Part shown: positions 47,526-61,451 of the stretch, piece after piece
How positions within the stretch are numbered: position 1 is the stretch's first letter
Layout: each line of letters begins with the position of its first letter
NCBI GenBank assembly: GCA_050230475.1
Contig: JBFLGF010000146.1
Location: 1-64,000, forward strand
DNA: 64,000 nucleotides
Source: Ancylonema sp.
Taxonomy: Eukaryota
Direction: 5' to 3'
Program-made: the position numbers and the translations under genes
The notes under the pieces: model-generated
Databases searched by the model: none
Told to the model about the DNA's origin: nothing
What the model saw: only the letters and a program-made list of their open reading frames with translations

Positions 47526-50500
47526 AATATGTTTTGGAGATCTCCGACCTCATTCGTATTTGGATTGTGCTCCAACCCCGCTCGAGTTGATGATAATAAG
47601 TCCCCAAAGATCAAAACAAATTGGATGTAAGAGCATAAAGGAATGTTTATAGAATAGTTGACCATGATTGTATCTTTTCAATTTGCACAGTTATTTGTTC
47701 ATCAGAGTCGAAACTTGAACGCGGGACCTCTTTGTTGATCACATAAGAGAGAATTGTGTTTTGTTGAAAAACGACGAGAACCCGATCTCATTACAAGAAC
47801 GTGCCTGTATAGAAACTACATACCCTGAAACCGACGAAAGTGTGAGCCGATCTTACTAGACAACACCAGCAACAATGCGCAGCCAAAAGAAAGTGGAGCG
47901 TGCGGTGGTGGGGGAGGTAACAAGGCCACGGATTGCTCTAGTCGCATCGTTCCAACATGTCTCGCAAGTGCTAGCGACCGTTGCAATGCAGTCGACACTC
48001 TCTAACGGACTCATGTGCATAACAAGCTAATAGAGGGCCCTGTTTGTGAAAGCCATCAAGATGTTCGATTCATGTGAATAGATGTTTATTGACAAATACA
48101 CATACACAACTTTTATCAAAAATCTGATAGCGCGATGACTATCAATACATACTCAACACATACTTATATACTCATAAACACATACTCATGAACACAGCAT
48201 GTGGACGGGGTTTCTTTCTCATATAGCAAAGTGAATTCAAAAGTTCGGAAGAATGTCTCTATATTCGCCTAGTCAGAATTCTATGCGCTCTATAATTGTC
48301 CACCCTATCCGCCACAATATAGCTACGTGGTCTTATCCAATTTATTGCCTTGGATATAGCAAACAGCTGATCTACACCACACACGTATCATGGCATGTGT
48401 GCTCACTCAATGCCACACGCCTACACACACAGCTGCAAGCCCAATCACGATCCCACAAAACCCGCCGCAAATCTGGTCAGTCAAATACGTGCCGACATTT
48501 GACCACGTTTAGTACAGTATATTTTCCAGCACATTCGCCAACTTCAATATACCCTCTAGAGGCACACATTTGATGCACTCCCACGAAACGAAAGAATACC
48601 CTGTCTAATTGGAAACTCGTTATCTATTTAAGGCGAATTTAACCCGCTCAACTCAACACTTGTCTAATACAAATTTGACATGTTGCACCCATTTCTCATA
48701 CTGATCTTGCACACTCTCTAGATGCCACCGTTGCACATTCGACCATAAATCGATCCGACCCATCAAACAATGCACCGTATGTCTCAAGAGCGAAGGGCAT
48801 AACATCAGTACCGCGTGCGCGATCTTGGTAGTGGGTTCCCTTTCTTCGCTCCGCATCTTTAGCAGCGACGAGATCCTGTCTAGTGGCACATTCCACCAAA
48901 TTACGACGGGTAGGGTCCACAACAGCAATGTCGACCAAAGTGTGCCCCGCCGTAGCATCCGAAATCACAATGTCCACACGCCCTCGAGGCCCCCTAGGTG
49001 CCGACAACGAAATGAAGCGCTCCTGGTGCGCGTGCTAACGTGACTCACGAATGATTTGGTAAACCGCATCGCGCACAGAGTCACGCGATGAAGTGCGCTC
49101 GCCACCGCTAGCACAGCGCAGAAGGCGAGTCCCCAAAGAATCCAAAGGGTGGCCACATGAGCACGCCACATCACATAAGTCTTTCTTCGTACGCCTATAC
49201 AAACCCACACATCTCTTGACAATCCCCAACCCATATTTTTTAGTACATTTGATTATTTTCGTACCATGATTTTATTAGAAGTTGCGAGTATAACCTCTGG
49301 GTGTGTTATGTGTACCTTAACATTTTGTCATTCCGCACCTGATGTTTGTGTGGACCGAATATTTATTTTCCGTAGTGAGTGCCGGTAATCAATGCGCCAG
49401 GTGACACATGTCAACAACCAGTGCCGGCACAATGTTGCGAGCACCAATTCTGTCGTTACCTTGTGCGCCACTCCGTCGAGTCCGTCGCCAGCAATCACGG
49501 AACAATTTACGGGCCCTTCTCTAGATTCCGTTGACAGGTAAATAACCGCCAGCAGCCGGAATATGCTGAGATTTGACTTGTGGAAAGTCCGTCCCCATTA
49601 AAGGGCTGTTGGCAAACCGCAGTCAGAGTATGAATCCGTCTTATTCTACACCACGTCCCAGTCCTTGGTACGTGTCATGAGGCATCGCCCTCTCCAACCC
49701 TCTCCTGAGTTCCTTCCTCATTTGAACCTTGCCGCAACCTTACGTTTGTAGCCACGTCGAGTTCGTTGCAGTCGCGCCAAAACGTTGCAGGATGCCCGCA
49801 TTCACAGACGAGTTCTCCATGCTTCCGTTAGACCGGGTCTCGTCTCATGCACTGAGCAGTGTCGGGCATGAAAGCTTCTACAGAAGCGGAGTCACTTCCA
49901 ACAGCAGTGGGGTGAGAAATGACGTGCCAATTCAGGCTGCATTTAACGGGTCTCGCATGCTGACCAGTGAGAGGGCGACACGCGGCGCTCTTGGTGGGGA
50001 AGAATCGATGTATGAAGCGCGGGACGAGGCTACCACGTGGAAGCTGGAGCATTTGGAGATGCCGCTGAGGATGAATGGTGAGCCGTTATATATGCGATCC
50101 TGACTTGGAGGATGTCTCTGGAACAATAAATGGTTCGACCAATCAGAGTCCGGTCTCTCTACTTGCTCTCCTGTATTGTTTGGCACATCTTGACACGTGC
50201 GAAACTGGTAAGAGGGACTAGTGATTCCTCTTTCACGACGCCTTTAAGAAACCTGAATGTTTCATTCTGCATTTTTTATTTTCATATCCTTATAATGTTC
50301 TTCATTTTCTTCAAATCCTTTTTTTTTTTTCCCGTCCCCGCAAAATTGATCTGATGCAGTCTTGTGTGCGACCACCTCCTTAAGCTGGTCTGATAGTAAG
50401 CAAACTCAATTGCACTAGGCCACGTAGCATCTTGGAAGCTTATAGAGTGTCCAGGGCTACCTTCCATACAGCACTGAAGGTACTGTGGTCGAGTGGAGTA

Positions 50501-51244
50501 CTGATTCCGTATTCCCACCATCTTCCATGACAGCTGTCCACCGGCCCCTCCCACACCCTCCTGTCATGATGACACCCCGCTCCCAACTACGTTCTGACTG
50601 CAATTAGTGTCCATGTCATACAGGTGGCGCGGGGACAACAAACGCCTTATCCATGCGTCAGAGAGCTTCAGAAGTGGATGAGGCTGACGCCACCAACCTC
50701 TACGTTCCCCTCTCCCCCCCCTCCTTCCTCCTCCTGCGCTCCCTCGAGGAAGAGCTAAGCAAGAGCAGTGCTGACGTGGCGCACCTCAAGGCGAGGATGG
50801 CTCGGTTCTGCAGCCGGCGTGGCGAGACAGCTGGCACCCAAGAAGGCTGCAGGGAAACCGGCGACGGAAGACTCGGCTTTTCTCCGCGGAACGAGAGGAT
50901 GCAGGCGGTGGTTTCGCCTGCCACAATGCGGCCGCCAGGTGGGCCTGCCTGCTTTGTGACGTCACTGTTCCTTGGGTGCTGAGGTCATTCGATGAGGGTG
51001 GTGAATCAGAGAGAGGGGCTGAGTGGTTGTGGACCACATGTAAGGACAGTCGTGTCTGAAGATGAGTTCTGGATCTGATGGCAACCCCCACTCATGGGGG
51101 TGGTGAAGTAGAGTGGTGAAAGTGACCCCCCCCTCAGTCAAAATGTGAGAAGAAAACAATGATGATGGGTCCTGAGTGCTCAACGATATCGTGTCTGCCT
51201 GCCTCATATGGACAAGGGGTACAAAGTCAACGTCAAAAATGTCA
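47526..51244. repeat. Block repeated nearly identically at 60282-64000
   Basis: Constant offset of 12756; at least two substitutions (49920 region versus 62676 region); the second copy starts after the N at 60279. Confidence 0.95.
48696..49200 (-). mobile_element. Degenerate C-terminus of an RLE-type (CRE-like) non-LTR retrotransposon
   Basis: CSCGHPLDSLGTRLLRC (CCHC with H>R), SRDSVRD (RHD/N position), an in-frame stop, then RVDIVI..VDIAVVDP..AERRKGTHY..PFALETYG (restriction-like endonuclease). Confidence 0.75.
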
Positions 51245-52939
51245 ACCGAAAGCCAATCCAACTTCATGTCATCGCCATTCGTGAATCATCCGACGCAAAT
51301 TCGCACATTCTCGAAAACAAATCAGGAACCTCTCGCAGTCTTGCTATCTTGCAGACGCTACCAGACCTGCCTTGTAAGATGCACCCCTGGCAGTCTCTGA
51401 CAGCGCCAGGTGTCGGTGTCTCAGGTCGCAACCGCCCGCCTCCCAAGGAGGTCGTGGAGGGGACACCTGGCGCTGTTTTGGTCCACAAAATCTGCCAGCT
51501 GTGCAGTCAGAGCTTTCAGGGGCCGAAACAGGTGATCAACCCACGGTAAGGCTCGTCGCAGTGCACCATAAGAGTCGTGCTCCTCCTCCCCCTCCTCCTT
51601 CTCATCTCCATCATCTCTCAACTTCTCCTCTCTCCCTCCTTTCCCATCATCCTTCACAAATTGATGCTGCTCTCGCCACATCGAATGTCGACTCGCATCT
51701 CTCTCCTTCAGTCCGCAAAACGTCCCTCCCATCCCAGAAACATTGCAGAGGAGTGCTGCAGGCCTGAACCTGAAACGAAACCTGACTCTGAATTTTGAGG
51801 CTGGACTTGAAACCCGCCCTTTCAGATTTGCGGCCCATGCGCGCTACTGCAAGCAGGGGCGAGAGAAGGCAGAGGGCGAATCAGGATCTCCCAATGCTAA
51901 GGTCCCTCGCATGGCCGATGACGCACCGGATACCCCCAAGGACAGACTCGCCCCTCCCGCTTCCTCCCCCTCACCAGATCCACCTTCCCCAGAACGACCC
52001 ATCGCCCACTTAGAGTCGGGTGCCCGATCCACACACCGTTGCTTGTCTGAGTCAGCAAAGAAGATGCTCTTCGATGACGTGGCAGAAGAGGTGGACTGTC
52101 ATCTCCTTTCACCGGAAGGGGTGACACGTGTCAATTCTACATTGGAGGCTCATTCCGATGGGCCAATGGGAGAGAGGGAGGCAGAAATGGTAGACGACAT
52201 CTTTGGTGTGGGGCAGAAATTGGCACCCCCCGCTCCCAATCCACGCCCACCTTCTGTTTTCGCCCACTGCCCTCCCTGCATGGGGGCAGAACAGGGGGGG
52301 CAGGGGGGCGGTAGTTCTGCGTTGCACACATGTGGGGAGGTGGATTCAGCCGTATCCGATGACAGAATTCACGTGTGGCAGGGTGGAGGCGATGCAGAAA
52401 CGGCCGCTTTTTGGCAGAATAGCGAGGATGGGAGTGGTTCAGGGGACCGAGACGTCAGCCTCACCAATGGCACCGACCCCCCACGCTCTTTTCTTGGGGG
52501 CGGGGGGATGGGGACATCGGCAGTGGAGGTTGGGAGCATGATCGTCGGTTTGAACGAGGGTCGCACGTATCTTTCTCCCATGCCTCTGAATGTGGTCGGT
52601 GCGGAAGCTTCCGGGAAACCTGTGCACTCGTCTGTGACAACTCCACTTCTCCCACCGTCACCCACCCTCCTGGAGGCGCCCTGGGACATCCTGACAGAGG
52701 ATTCTGGGAATGTCGAAAGTATTTCTCAAACTTATCGTCTTATGGCTGACAGCCAGCCGCACCCCACCCACTCCTACCATACCGACCTCGTCACCGGCCC
52801 CTCCCAGTCGCCGATTTCCGCCAAGATGAGGCGTGAAAGCAGGATCGGGAAGAAGTCGGTGGATAATGCGGTGCTCAAATTCGACCACTCTGATTCTGAT
52901 CTGGAGGTTGCAGTCCGAGTAGGGCTGGGAGTGCGGTAG
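49792..52939 (+). CDS. Uncharacterised low-complexity protein with a short coiled coil and a C2HC zinc finger (spliced)
   Basis: Phase-compatible exons at about 49792-50077, 50624-50938, 51404-51545 and 51826 onward. The splice reconstitutes CQLCSQSFQGPKQVINPR|FAAHARYC. The 3' end is uncertain. Confidence 0.6.
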
Positions 52940-55144
52940 GGTATGATGGGATGGATGGGGATGGTAGGAATTTGGGGAGGGGGGATATATATTATTATTT
53001 CCCAGGGGATGCATCCGGATTCGGGGCAAGGATGGTAAATACAAAAACATTTTGTCACGTTTTACGTCTTCGGTGTTATAAGAGTTGTGTTGGATACAAT
53101 TTTACATAAAGATATGAGAGACGGTTGGGAGGGTAAAACACTTTCGTGTTATTGGCTTCAAAAAAAATCGACCGCTCATTCTATTTGTGTTGCATCGACA
53201 TGACATCACAACTTTTCGCTATCTAGCTCGGAGAGCATGAAAATCTTTTCTAAGTTGTCGACTAAATATGTCGTTGAGATAATTTGACTTTTTGTAGAAT
53301 TTTAATGTCCATTCTAATCTACATTTGTAATGTATGAAACAAATATTCACTTTCTATTTTTGCAAAGTAAATGGAACCGTGCCGTTGCATAACGCGACGA
53401 TCACAATAATGTTGCGGGATTTTGTTATGTATGGTCTCCAAACTTCAACGCAAGATGGTGTAAACGGATTTTACATTGATGTTATGATAGATGGAATGAA
53501 ATGGATCGATTGTCTTTCATCTGATGATAACAAAAGAATATTTCTGCACATCATATTTCAATTAGAATTCGTTATTCCACATGTTCAAGTTGTGTGAATA
53601 AAAAATAAAATTTTATGGTGCATATATGCAATTGAAACATGTGCCTATTGTAGGAAAGGTCTTCTTCTCCCTTTCCTACCTTACCATGTTTGTCGCATCT
53701 ATCTTACAGTCACAATAAAATTATGGTTGCAATACCCAGGTGGAATAACCAAAAAAGGCCGATTTAGTGTACACGATACTTGTTACACGATGGTTACAAT
53801 GACGGAAAAACCTAAACACACAAAACTTGGCATTTTTCGAATACGCCTTGGCCGCCATAGTTTTTGGCTCCGGGTTCCTCGCCGGCACCTCCATCATCTC
53901 CTCGTGTTGTTTGGCCATATCGTCATTCCATTTTTGCGGATAGACCAAAAGTTAGCGTTGTTTGCTTCGTTTATTCGACATTCCCAGATGGGCAGCAAGG
54001 TCTTGGTCGTCAGTGGATATGGGCTTCCAAAGCGCCTTTGGGTGTGCGCGTAGTCGTTTTGATCCGCCCATTTCTTTGGAGAGAGTTGTCCAATAATGCC
54101 TCCCGCATGACTACACGAACACATGATAAATAAATAACAAAAAGGGTCAGATTGTGAGACCAAAAAGTTTCGCATTTGGGAAAAGTGAAACGGGGGGAAT
54201 GAATGAACTTCGCAAACTGAATGCAACATCCGATTTTTTTTATGTTGCCGTGTGCTTCACCATTCCTCCCATATGCCGCCCGGACAACTCGCCGTTGACA
54301 CTTACAACGACAACACCGCCATTCATAACGACAAACTACACTTATAAGCCCGACACCTCCACTTGTACAGTAGCACCTCTACTCATGACAACAACAACAT
54401 TACAACAACAACGTTACAACAACGACGTTAGCCTCAACGAATTACTGGTATGGGTTGGCGTAAGGTTGTTTGGGATCCGGTCGAGGGAGGTCCGAGAAGG
54501 AGTTTGGGTTAGAGTTAAAGGCGGCCCCGCTGTTACTAGTGGTGGCCATCGCTCCATCTATCTATTTGGTCCGCACAACGGCGAAAGGCCACGTGTTCAT
54601 TGGGAGCTGCGTGAAATATGGGGCAAGGACATGTGTGAAAGAATTGTGCGTCACGTTGTGCGGAGGGGAAGGAGATCGATGAGTCGTACGAAGAGCCTTG
54701 GCGATGACGAAATGGGAGATTCTAGTAAAGGAGGCTATTATCCGCGATCGGACTGAATTTCCCCCCCCCTCCATCCACGATGAATATGGTGAGGGGGGGA
54801 TTGTCTGACAAGTACCATACTTGACAAATTCATCTCTTCTATTTTTATTTCATTTCTCTTGGCCAACACCTCATTATGCCACATATAAATTTGGGAGAGT
54901 GACAATTTTTGTTAGTTCTCTCAAACAATAGGGTGATGACAAAAACGTTGAATAAAAGGAAACTTAATCACTTTCATGCAATGAATCATTGATTTTATGA
55001 TAAAAAATCATGGTAAAACACCCGCTTTCCCTCCTGCTCGCAACGTAGCTATCATATTTTGCATAAAGTCCCACCTACATTAAAAAAATGCTTCAAACTT
55101 ACACCTATCATCCCACTCGGTTGAAAATGAGTCCATGCCTCTAC

Positions 55145-56625
55145 TTGCATCAAGTTGGCCCCTACTCTGTACCGCGCAGCGGCATCGTAGGCAAAGAGAT
55201 GGGATTGGAGCACACTAGTCTGGGGAGGGTTCGATGCCAGGTGGCACGTGGGGCTGAAGGCCACCTTCACCCCCTTTTTGGCAAAACGATTTTGCGGGTT
55301 TCGGTTCAACACCACTATGCCAACCTCCCGGAGAAGGTATACCTTTTTAGACCACACGTGATGACAGAGAGAAGTGGGGTCAATGTGAGTGTACGGATAT
55401 CATCTTTGAGCGAAAAAAAAGGCACCCAATAATGGTGGAAGGCATACACGTGTGTGGTGCTGGTCGGCAAATATCCAATTTCACATGTCAGAAGGCACGA
55501 TTTTTTTTCGAAAGATTTCAAAAACATTGGGTTGTGTGAACATGATGAGGTAGAAATCCGCGAAATTGGGGATCTGAAACCACACAGTCCCCACACAACA
55601 ATGTCCATCCCCCCATCCCCCCATCCCCCCATCCCCCCAACCCCACCCTATCTTCCTCTGGGGAGATGAGTGCGGCCCACTTCTCCCGCGCCATCACTTG
55701 AACCTAGAACGGCCACGACGGAATATTCCTAGACTCGACAGCCTCTATGAGGTCCCTTGCGGCGTAGTAGGGATATCGACTCCCGCGATCTCCGCCGCTT
55801 TTTCGTGACTCAAGTTTTTGATGCGCTGGTCGCTGCGGACGTGGAGCTTCACCCATACCGCGTTGTTGCGGAATTCATTATTACAATGTGTGGGAACCGT
55901 ACCCGTGCATGTGGCGGAGGCCGTCAAGGAGGTGAGTTGATTAACCCCTGAGGCGGTTATGAGGCGGTTATGAGGCGGTTGAGTACTGATACTTTGCAAA
56001 AAGCAGGAGGTGAGTTGAATGTCGGTTTGCTTTGGTCGGTTGTTCGAAAGTGAAGGGAATTCCGTACATCAGATATCAATGATATCCACAATCACGGAAT
56101 TGATTCAGTGATGTTCTGTAACAGAACATCCTTTTGCAGGAGTTTGTATTTGTTTGTCTTTCTGCGCTTCAAATGAAGGGGAGGAAAGAAAGCTGAGGGA
56201 AGTAAGAGAGATGATGAAAGAGAGTGATGTCGGTTGCACCTGGTGCAGCGTTTCCAGGACAAGGGTCGGGAAGTCTCAGAAGGCGTTCGGATCTCTCAAA
56301 TGTGTTTAGGGGTTCCTCCTCAGGCTGTGGATCAGGTCCGGAAATCGGATTCCGTTGTGCAATTTTTTTTAGGGCGTGCTGCTCCCGACCATGTCCGAAT
56401 CGCCTTCCTTGGTGTAACAAATTGAGCATGCTTTGTCAACAAACCCGCTCTCTTTTGACACGTTGGAGAAGGAAGCGACGTGGGCGTCCCTTTGCTGACC
56501 TCGGAAACCATGGAGGCCCTGCAAAGGTCTGACGCATCCTTGTGGAAAGGAATCGACACTCGAAACACGTGTTTGATGACGTGGAGCATTTGTGAAGAGA
56601 ATAGGTCGAAGCCGTTGGCATGCAT
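55145..56625 (-). pseudogene. CAT: Monofunctional heme catalase pseudogene, clade-3-like, intron-containing
   Basis: Colinear motifs HANG, DLCRASMVSEVSKGTP, DMVGSSTP*..RFPDLIHSLRRNP*THLRDPNAF*DF..ETLHQ, DGLRHMHGYGSHTL, WVKLHVRSDQRIKNL..YAARDLIEAVESRNIPSW..VQVM and VWSKKVYLLREVGIVVLNRNPQN..AFSP..LQSHLFAY..RYRVGAN, with stops and frameshifts. Confidence 0.9.
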
Positions 56626-58890
56626 TGGTCGTTTGTAGTGAGCTTGCTTATCCCAAAAAATGGAAATCGTACATCAACCTAGTGTTGGAGCCGGCGATAG
56701 GGAGACTGGAGGGGAAATACAGCATGCAGACTTCCATTCATTGAGGACGAATATAGATGATGGATGGTGTATGTGCATGATTGCACATCAAATCAAGCTT
56801 GGCTACCAGTCGAATTTTGAATAGCGAAATAGTTTTATGCTACATGGTGTCGTAGCAAAGCTATATCAGGGAATGAAACGAAGAAATTTCCAAGACATTT
56901 CCAAACTGTGAGCTGCATGCAGAATACAGAATACAGAATGGTGCTTTGCAGCAACATTGACTGTGTACACGACTGGATCATAGACACATTTTAACTCAGG
57001 AATGAGAGAAATGCATTTCACATGTACGAATACGAATAGTGATGACAATGTTATGAGCGTGAGTCGGTTTCACGATGATGATGTTGAGGCAGTTGTGACT
57101 AAAAAATATCACATCTGTTCTCGGTTGATAGGGGACGGATTTGACGAACACTGAAACGAAACAATACGAAACGAACCAATTATTGAGAGCCACGTTTGAC
57201 AGTGGACAGTTTCGGTATGCTTGTGTATGCAGCCTCAGACAGTTATCAGCAGAGATTCAGCACGATGTACACCACCTTTTCTTAGACACCCTCGCTTGCG
57301 ATGACACTTTCACCTGGCAACAATGTTGACATAACTACATAACGATAACATACCTAGATACGATTGCACGCCTGTTGTTATCGTTAGACACCGGATGACC
57401 TCCGGAGATAAAGAATAGTGGCTTCCCATTTTCCCCACTCGCACTTCGCTGCCACCTACTGTTCCGCCAGTCTCATGTGTAGATGCAGCGGATGTTAGGA
57501 TAGAATGTTTCCGTATTTTTCGTGCCCGCGCAATTGACGCTGTAGCCGACTGGGTGCAATTCGGATCCTGGCCAAGACATGAGCTGCGACAGGTGCTCCT
57601 TCCTGATGCTGCAAGGGGATGTACTGCTCTGAGTAAAGACAGCATACTTCGATAGAGTGAGGATTCGTTGGCGTGATTTTTCTGACAATAATATCCTGGT
57701 GGTACCGGAAAAGAGTTGCAGAAGTTGGTCTTTCAGAATTTCCACGGTCTGAACGTGTTAGTGAAGGTCTGGAACATATTATCATATTTCCAGTGTCTGT
57801 TTTGTGTATCTAGTGCATTGTGGGGGAGACCTGGCGATAGGCACGCAAGCGTCGCATCCATGGTCTACGTTTTCAAGCGAGAAATCGTGGGAGTCAACTT
57901 CAGGGCAGTGTGCTGAGATCTCACGTTGCCTTCGTCATGTCTGTCTGTATATGTGATAACTGTGTCGAGGAGGAGGTGATGCCCGGATGGTGATGCCGGA
58001 TGGACACGTCAGGTGACACGTGGTGGCAATGCACGAGTCACGTACGGAGAAACTTCAATGTAAGTTGGTTGACTTGCATCGTACAGTTTTCCGTTGTAAC
58101 AGGATGGGTATCCCGTTGTTCGGTTATTATTAACATCAGTTTCTATTTTTTCTTACAATTACGGTAATCATGGATTCGGACACGTAATTACGTGAGGGTA
58201 AGCCGGTTATTCAAATTTGAAAAAGTAAGACGTAAAATTTACGAATTACGCACCGTCATGTAAAACGTAGACGTCACGTTCACAACCCTATCTGTATCAG
58301 GAACTTATTTTTGGCTGGTGTGAATGATCGGACGTCGCAGGATCTTATTGGCCAGAAAAACGTCTTCGAAGTGAAGTCTTCATCTGACTCCACTACGCGC
58401 TCAAATTCCGAAGCGGGAGCGCCAAATATTTCAGCAGAGAGGAATATTGAAGTAATTTCGCCACCAACCAGCGTAGCTCTCAAAAAAACCTCTTGGCGCC
58501 AAAAGCTGCACTCGCATCGTTGATCTGTCAGACATCGTTTGAATTTTAGATGCAGATCCTCCCAACTGTTCTACAGGGCTTGAAAACTCTGGGGAGGCAG
58601 TTTCCTTAAGGTAAGTCGGAAGAAGGTGAGGTGGTGTCTACCAAAGAGGATATAATGGACGCCGCGGAATCGAATGTCTCACCCGCTCCCAACGAAGTAT
58701 CCATTCCTTTAGAGGTCCCACCCACAGGTGTGTATCTTTCCGTAATCTGCTGTGAGCCGTGCATTTCATATTCTCGCGGTATCTAGTATGATGAGGCAAC
58801 AGTGAATCTGGAACGCCTTCTTCTTCGTCCATTCGCTTGCCTGTTGCGTGCAGTGTCGTTGTTGTGTCTGCTTGGTAATTCTTGCTACAG

Positions 58891-60278
58891 CCTTACAAGC
58901 TTTCGCCGCTTCACTTCCAAACTTTGCTCGCAGAAACTGCGGGGGCCCCGCCCGTAGAGGCTACGGCGGAAGCTATCGCAGGAATAACTGAAGAGTCTCC
59001 TGCAGAAGCTGTTGATGCAACCGCCACTAACACGTCTGTTGTAAGTGCTCACTCACCCCGTGACCCTCCGTCTGTCACTGCATACTTCGTGTAGGCATAT
59101 CCATTTTAGCTGAGGGAGAGCTGGATTGAGACCCTAGTCTGTATGCCAGGAAGTGACATGTTGTGAAGAAAAACGGAACAATCACACTAAGCTTCTCTGG
59201 ATCATGTTATATATAATGTCAGAAACTAATATAATGTCAGAAACATTACCCAGCACCTGGTAGTTCAAGGTACCCTGTGAGCATTCCTTGTCGATAGGAA
59301 TCTCTGACAATTCTTGGTGAGCACGCTCCTCCCCTTACCTTCTTTTGAAGTTGAGCAGGAACGCGAATACTTTTTCCTGCCAGATCGCTGAAATCAAGTT
59401 TCTCTACAGCAGCGGTAGGTGGAAAACGTATGAGTGGTCTCTTGACACTATCTTCCATTATATTTCTTTTGTGATCAGGAGAAGCCAGTAGCAGATGAAA
59501 CCACCACAAGCCTAGACAAAGCTGGCAAACCAAAGCGACAGAGAGCCAAGGTAATCGCAGAAATCTGCAGCTGTGGCTGAGCAGAGGCCATCATCAGTGT
59601 GAGGAGTGTTGAACAGACACAAGGATCACGATCGTGCTGGGTCTCTGTTGTGTGTGTGCTTGTGATCAGACGGTGGATGGTGAGCAGACTCCGACACGAG
59701 TGCAGGCGACGAGGGGGAAGAAAAACGGAGTCGCTGCTGGAGCTACCAACACGGAGGAGCCTACGAAAAACTCAGGGGGGAAACGGAAAAAGAAGGAAGA
59801 GGGAGAGGGAGAAGGAGAGGGAGAGTCTTCCAAGGATGAGCTAAAAAAGGATGCAGTGGGCAGGAATGTGCAGAAGCTGTTCGATGGCACCCTGTACTCA
59901 GGAGTGGTGAAGCGATACTGGCCCAAGGATGGGTTGTATGCGGTAAGGGGAACGCGTTGATTGCCATCCCATCGGTTGGCTTTCCCATCCCACCGGTTGG
60001 CATTGCCATCCCACAGGCTGGCTTTGCTAAGTTTGATTGATTCTGTTGCTGCTGGTACGTCTTGATGTCCAAAGTTTATATGGCGTGTGGATTTGCATGG
60101 TATTGAAAACATAACATGATGTCGATTCAGCTTTGTTAGTTCAGCAGGGCTGACGTTCATATCTTGTTATGCACCAGCTCGAGTGTACTTCATCGGGTTT
60201 GTGTTTCCTCGCTTGAATGTTCTTCAGGTCCGTTACGATGATGGGGACAAGGAGGACTTCCACTGGGGCGAGATCAAA
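58891..60278 (+). CDS. Partial gene with a plant PTM/DIR17-like Tudor domain, truncated at an N
   Basis: Exons at about 58891-59040, 59479-59550, 59670-59942 and 60228-60277 give AVGRNVQKLFDGTLYSGVVKRYWPKDGLYA|VRYDDGDKEDFHWGEIK, preceded by a basic NLS-like KRKKK. Confidence 0.7.
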
Positions 60279-61451
60279 NAAAATATGTTTTGGAGATCTC
60301 CGACCTCATTCGTATTTGGATTGTGCTCCAACCCCGCTCGAGTTGATGATAATAAGTCCCCAAAGATCAAAACAAATTGGATGTAAGAGCATAAAGGAAT
60401 GTTTATAGAATAGTTGACCATGATTGTATCTTTTCAATTTGCACAGTTATTTGTTCATCAGAGTCGAAACTTGAACGCGGGACCTCTTTGTTGATCACAT
60501 AAGAGAGAATTGTGTTTTGTTGAAAAACGACGAGAACCCGATCTCATTACAAGAACGTGCCTGTATAGAAACTACATACCCTGAAACCGACGAAAGTGTG
60601 AGCCGATCTTACTAGACAACACCAGCAACAATGCGCAGCCAAAAGAAAGTGGAGCGTGCGGTGGTGGGGGAGGTAACAAGGCCACGGATTGCTCTAGTCG
60701 CATCGTTCCAACATGTCTCGCAAGTGCTAGCGACCGTTGCAATGCAGTCGACACTCTCTAACGGACTCATGTGCATAACAAGCTAATAGAGGGCCCTGTT
60801 TGTGAAAGCCATCAAGATGTTCGATTCATGTGAATAGATGTTTATTGACAAATACACATACACAACTTTTATCAAAAATCTGATAGCGCGATGACTATCA
60901 ATACATACTCAACACATACTTATATACTCATAAACACATACTCATGAACACAGCATGTGGACGGGGTTTCTTTCTCATATAGCAAAGTGAATTCAAAAGT
61001 TCGGAAGAATGTCTCTATATTCGCCTAGTCAGAATTCTATGCGCTCTATAATTGTCCACCCTATCCGCCACAATATAGCTACGTGGTCTTATCCAATTTA
61101 TTGCCTTGGATATAGCAAACAGCTGATCTACACCACACACGTATCATGGCATGTGTGCTCACTCAATGCCACACGCCTACACACACAGCTGCAAGCCCAA
61201 TCACGATCCCACAAAACCCGCCGCAAATCTGGTCAGTCAAATACGTGCCGACATTTGACCACGTTTAGTACAGTATATTTTCCAGCACATTCGCCAACTT
61301 CAATATACCCTCTAGAGGCACACATTTGATGCACTCCCACGAAACGAAAGAATACCCTGTCTAATTGGAAACTCGTTATCTATTTAAGGCGAATTTAACC
61401 CGCTCAACTCAACACTTGTCTAATACAAATTTGACATGTTGCACCCATTTC

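Noticed and set aside
47700..47750. Box-B-like GGTCCCGCGTTCAAG on the minus strand (tRNA or SINE candidate)
   Set aside because: No cloverleaf or box A could be built.
53000..55030. AT-rich stretch resembling a DNA-transposon remnant
   Set aside because: No convincing TIR pair, TSD or transposase motif found by eye.
57310..57790. Possible 5' exons of the catalase pseudogene (..RCLTITTG)
   Set aside because: Similarity too weak to include in the call.
58095..58290. GTAATTACG-rich patch ending in CACAACCCTA (hAT-MITE-like)
   Set aside because: No matching left TIR or 8-bp TSD found.
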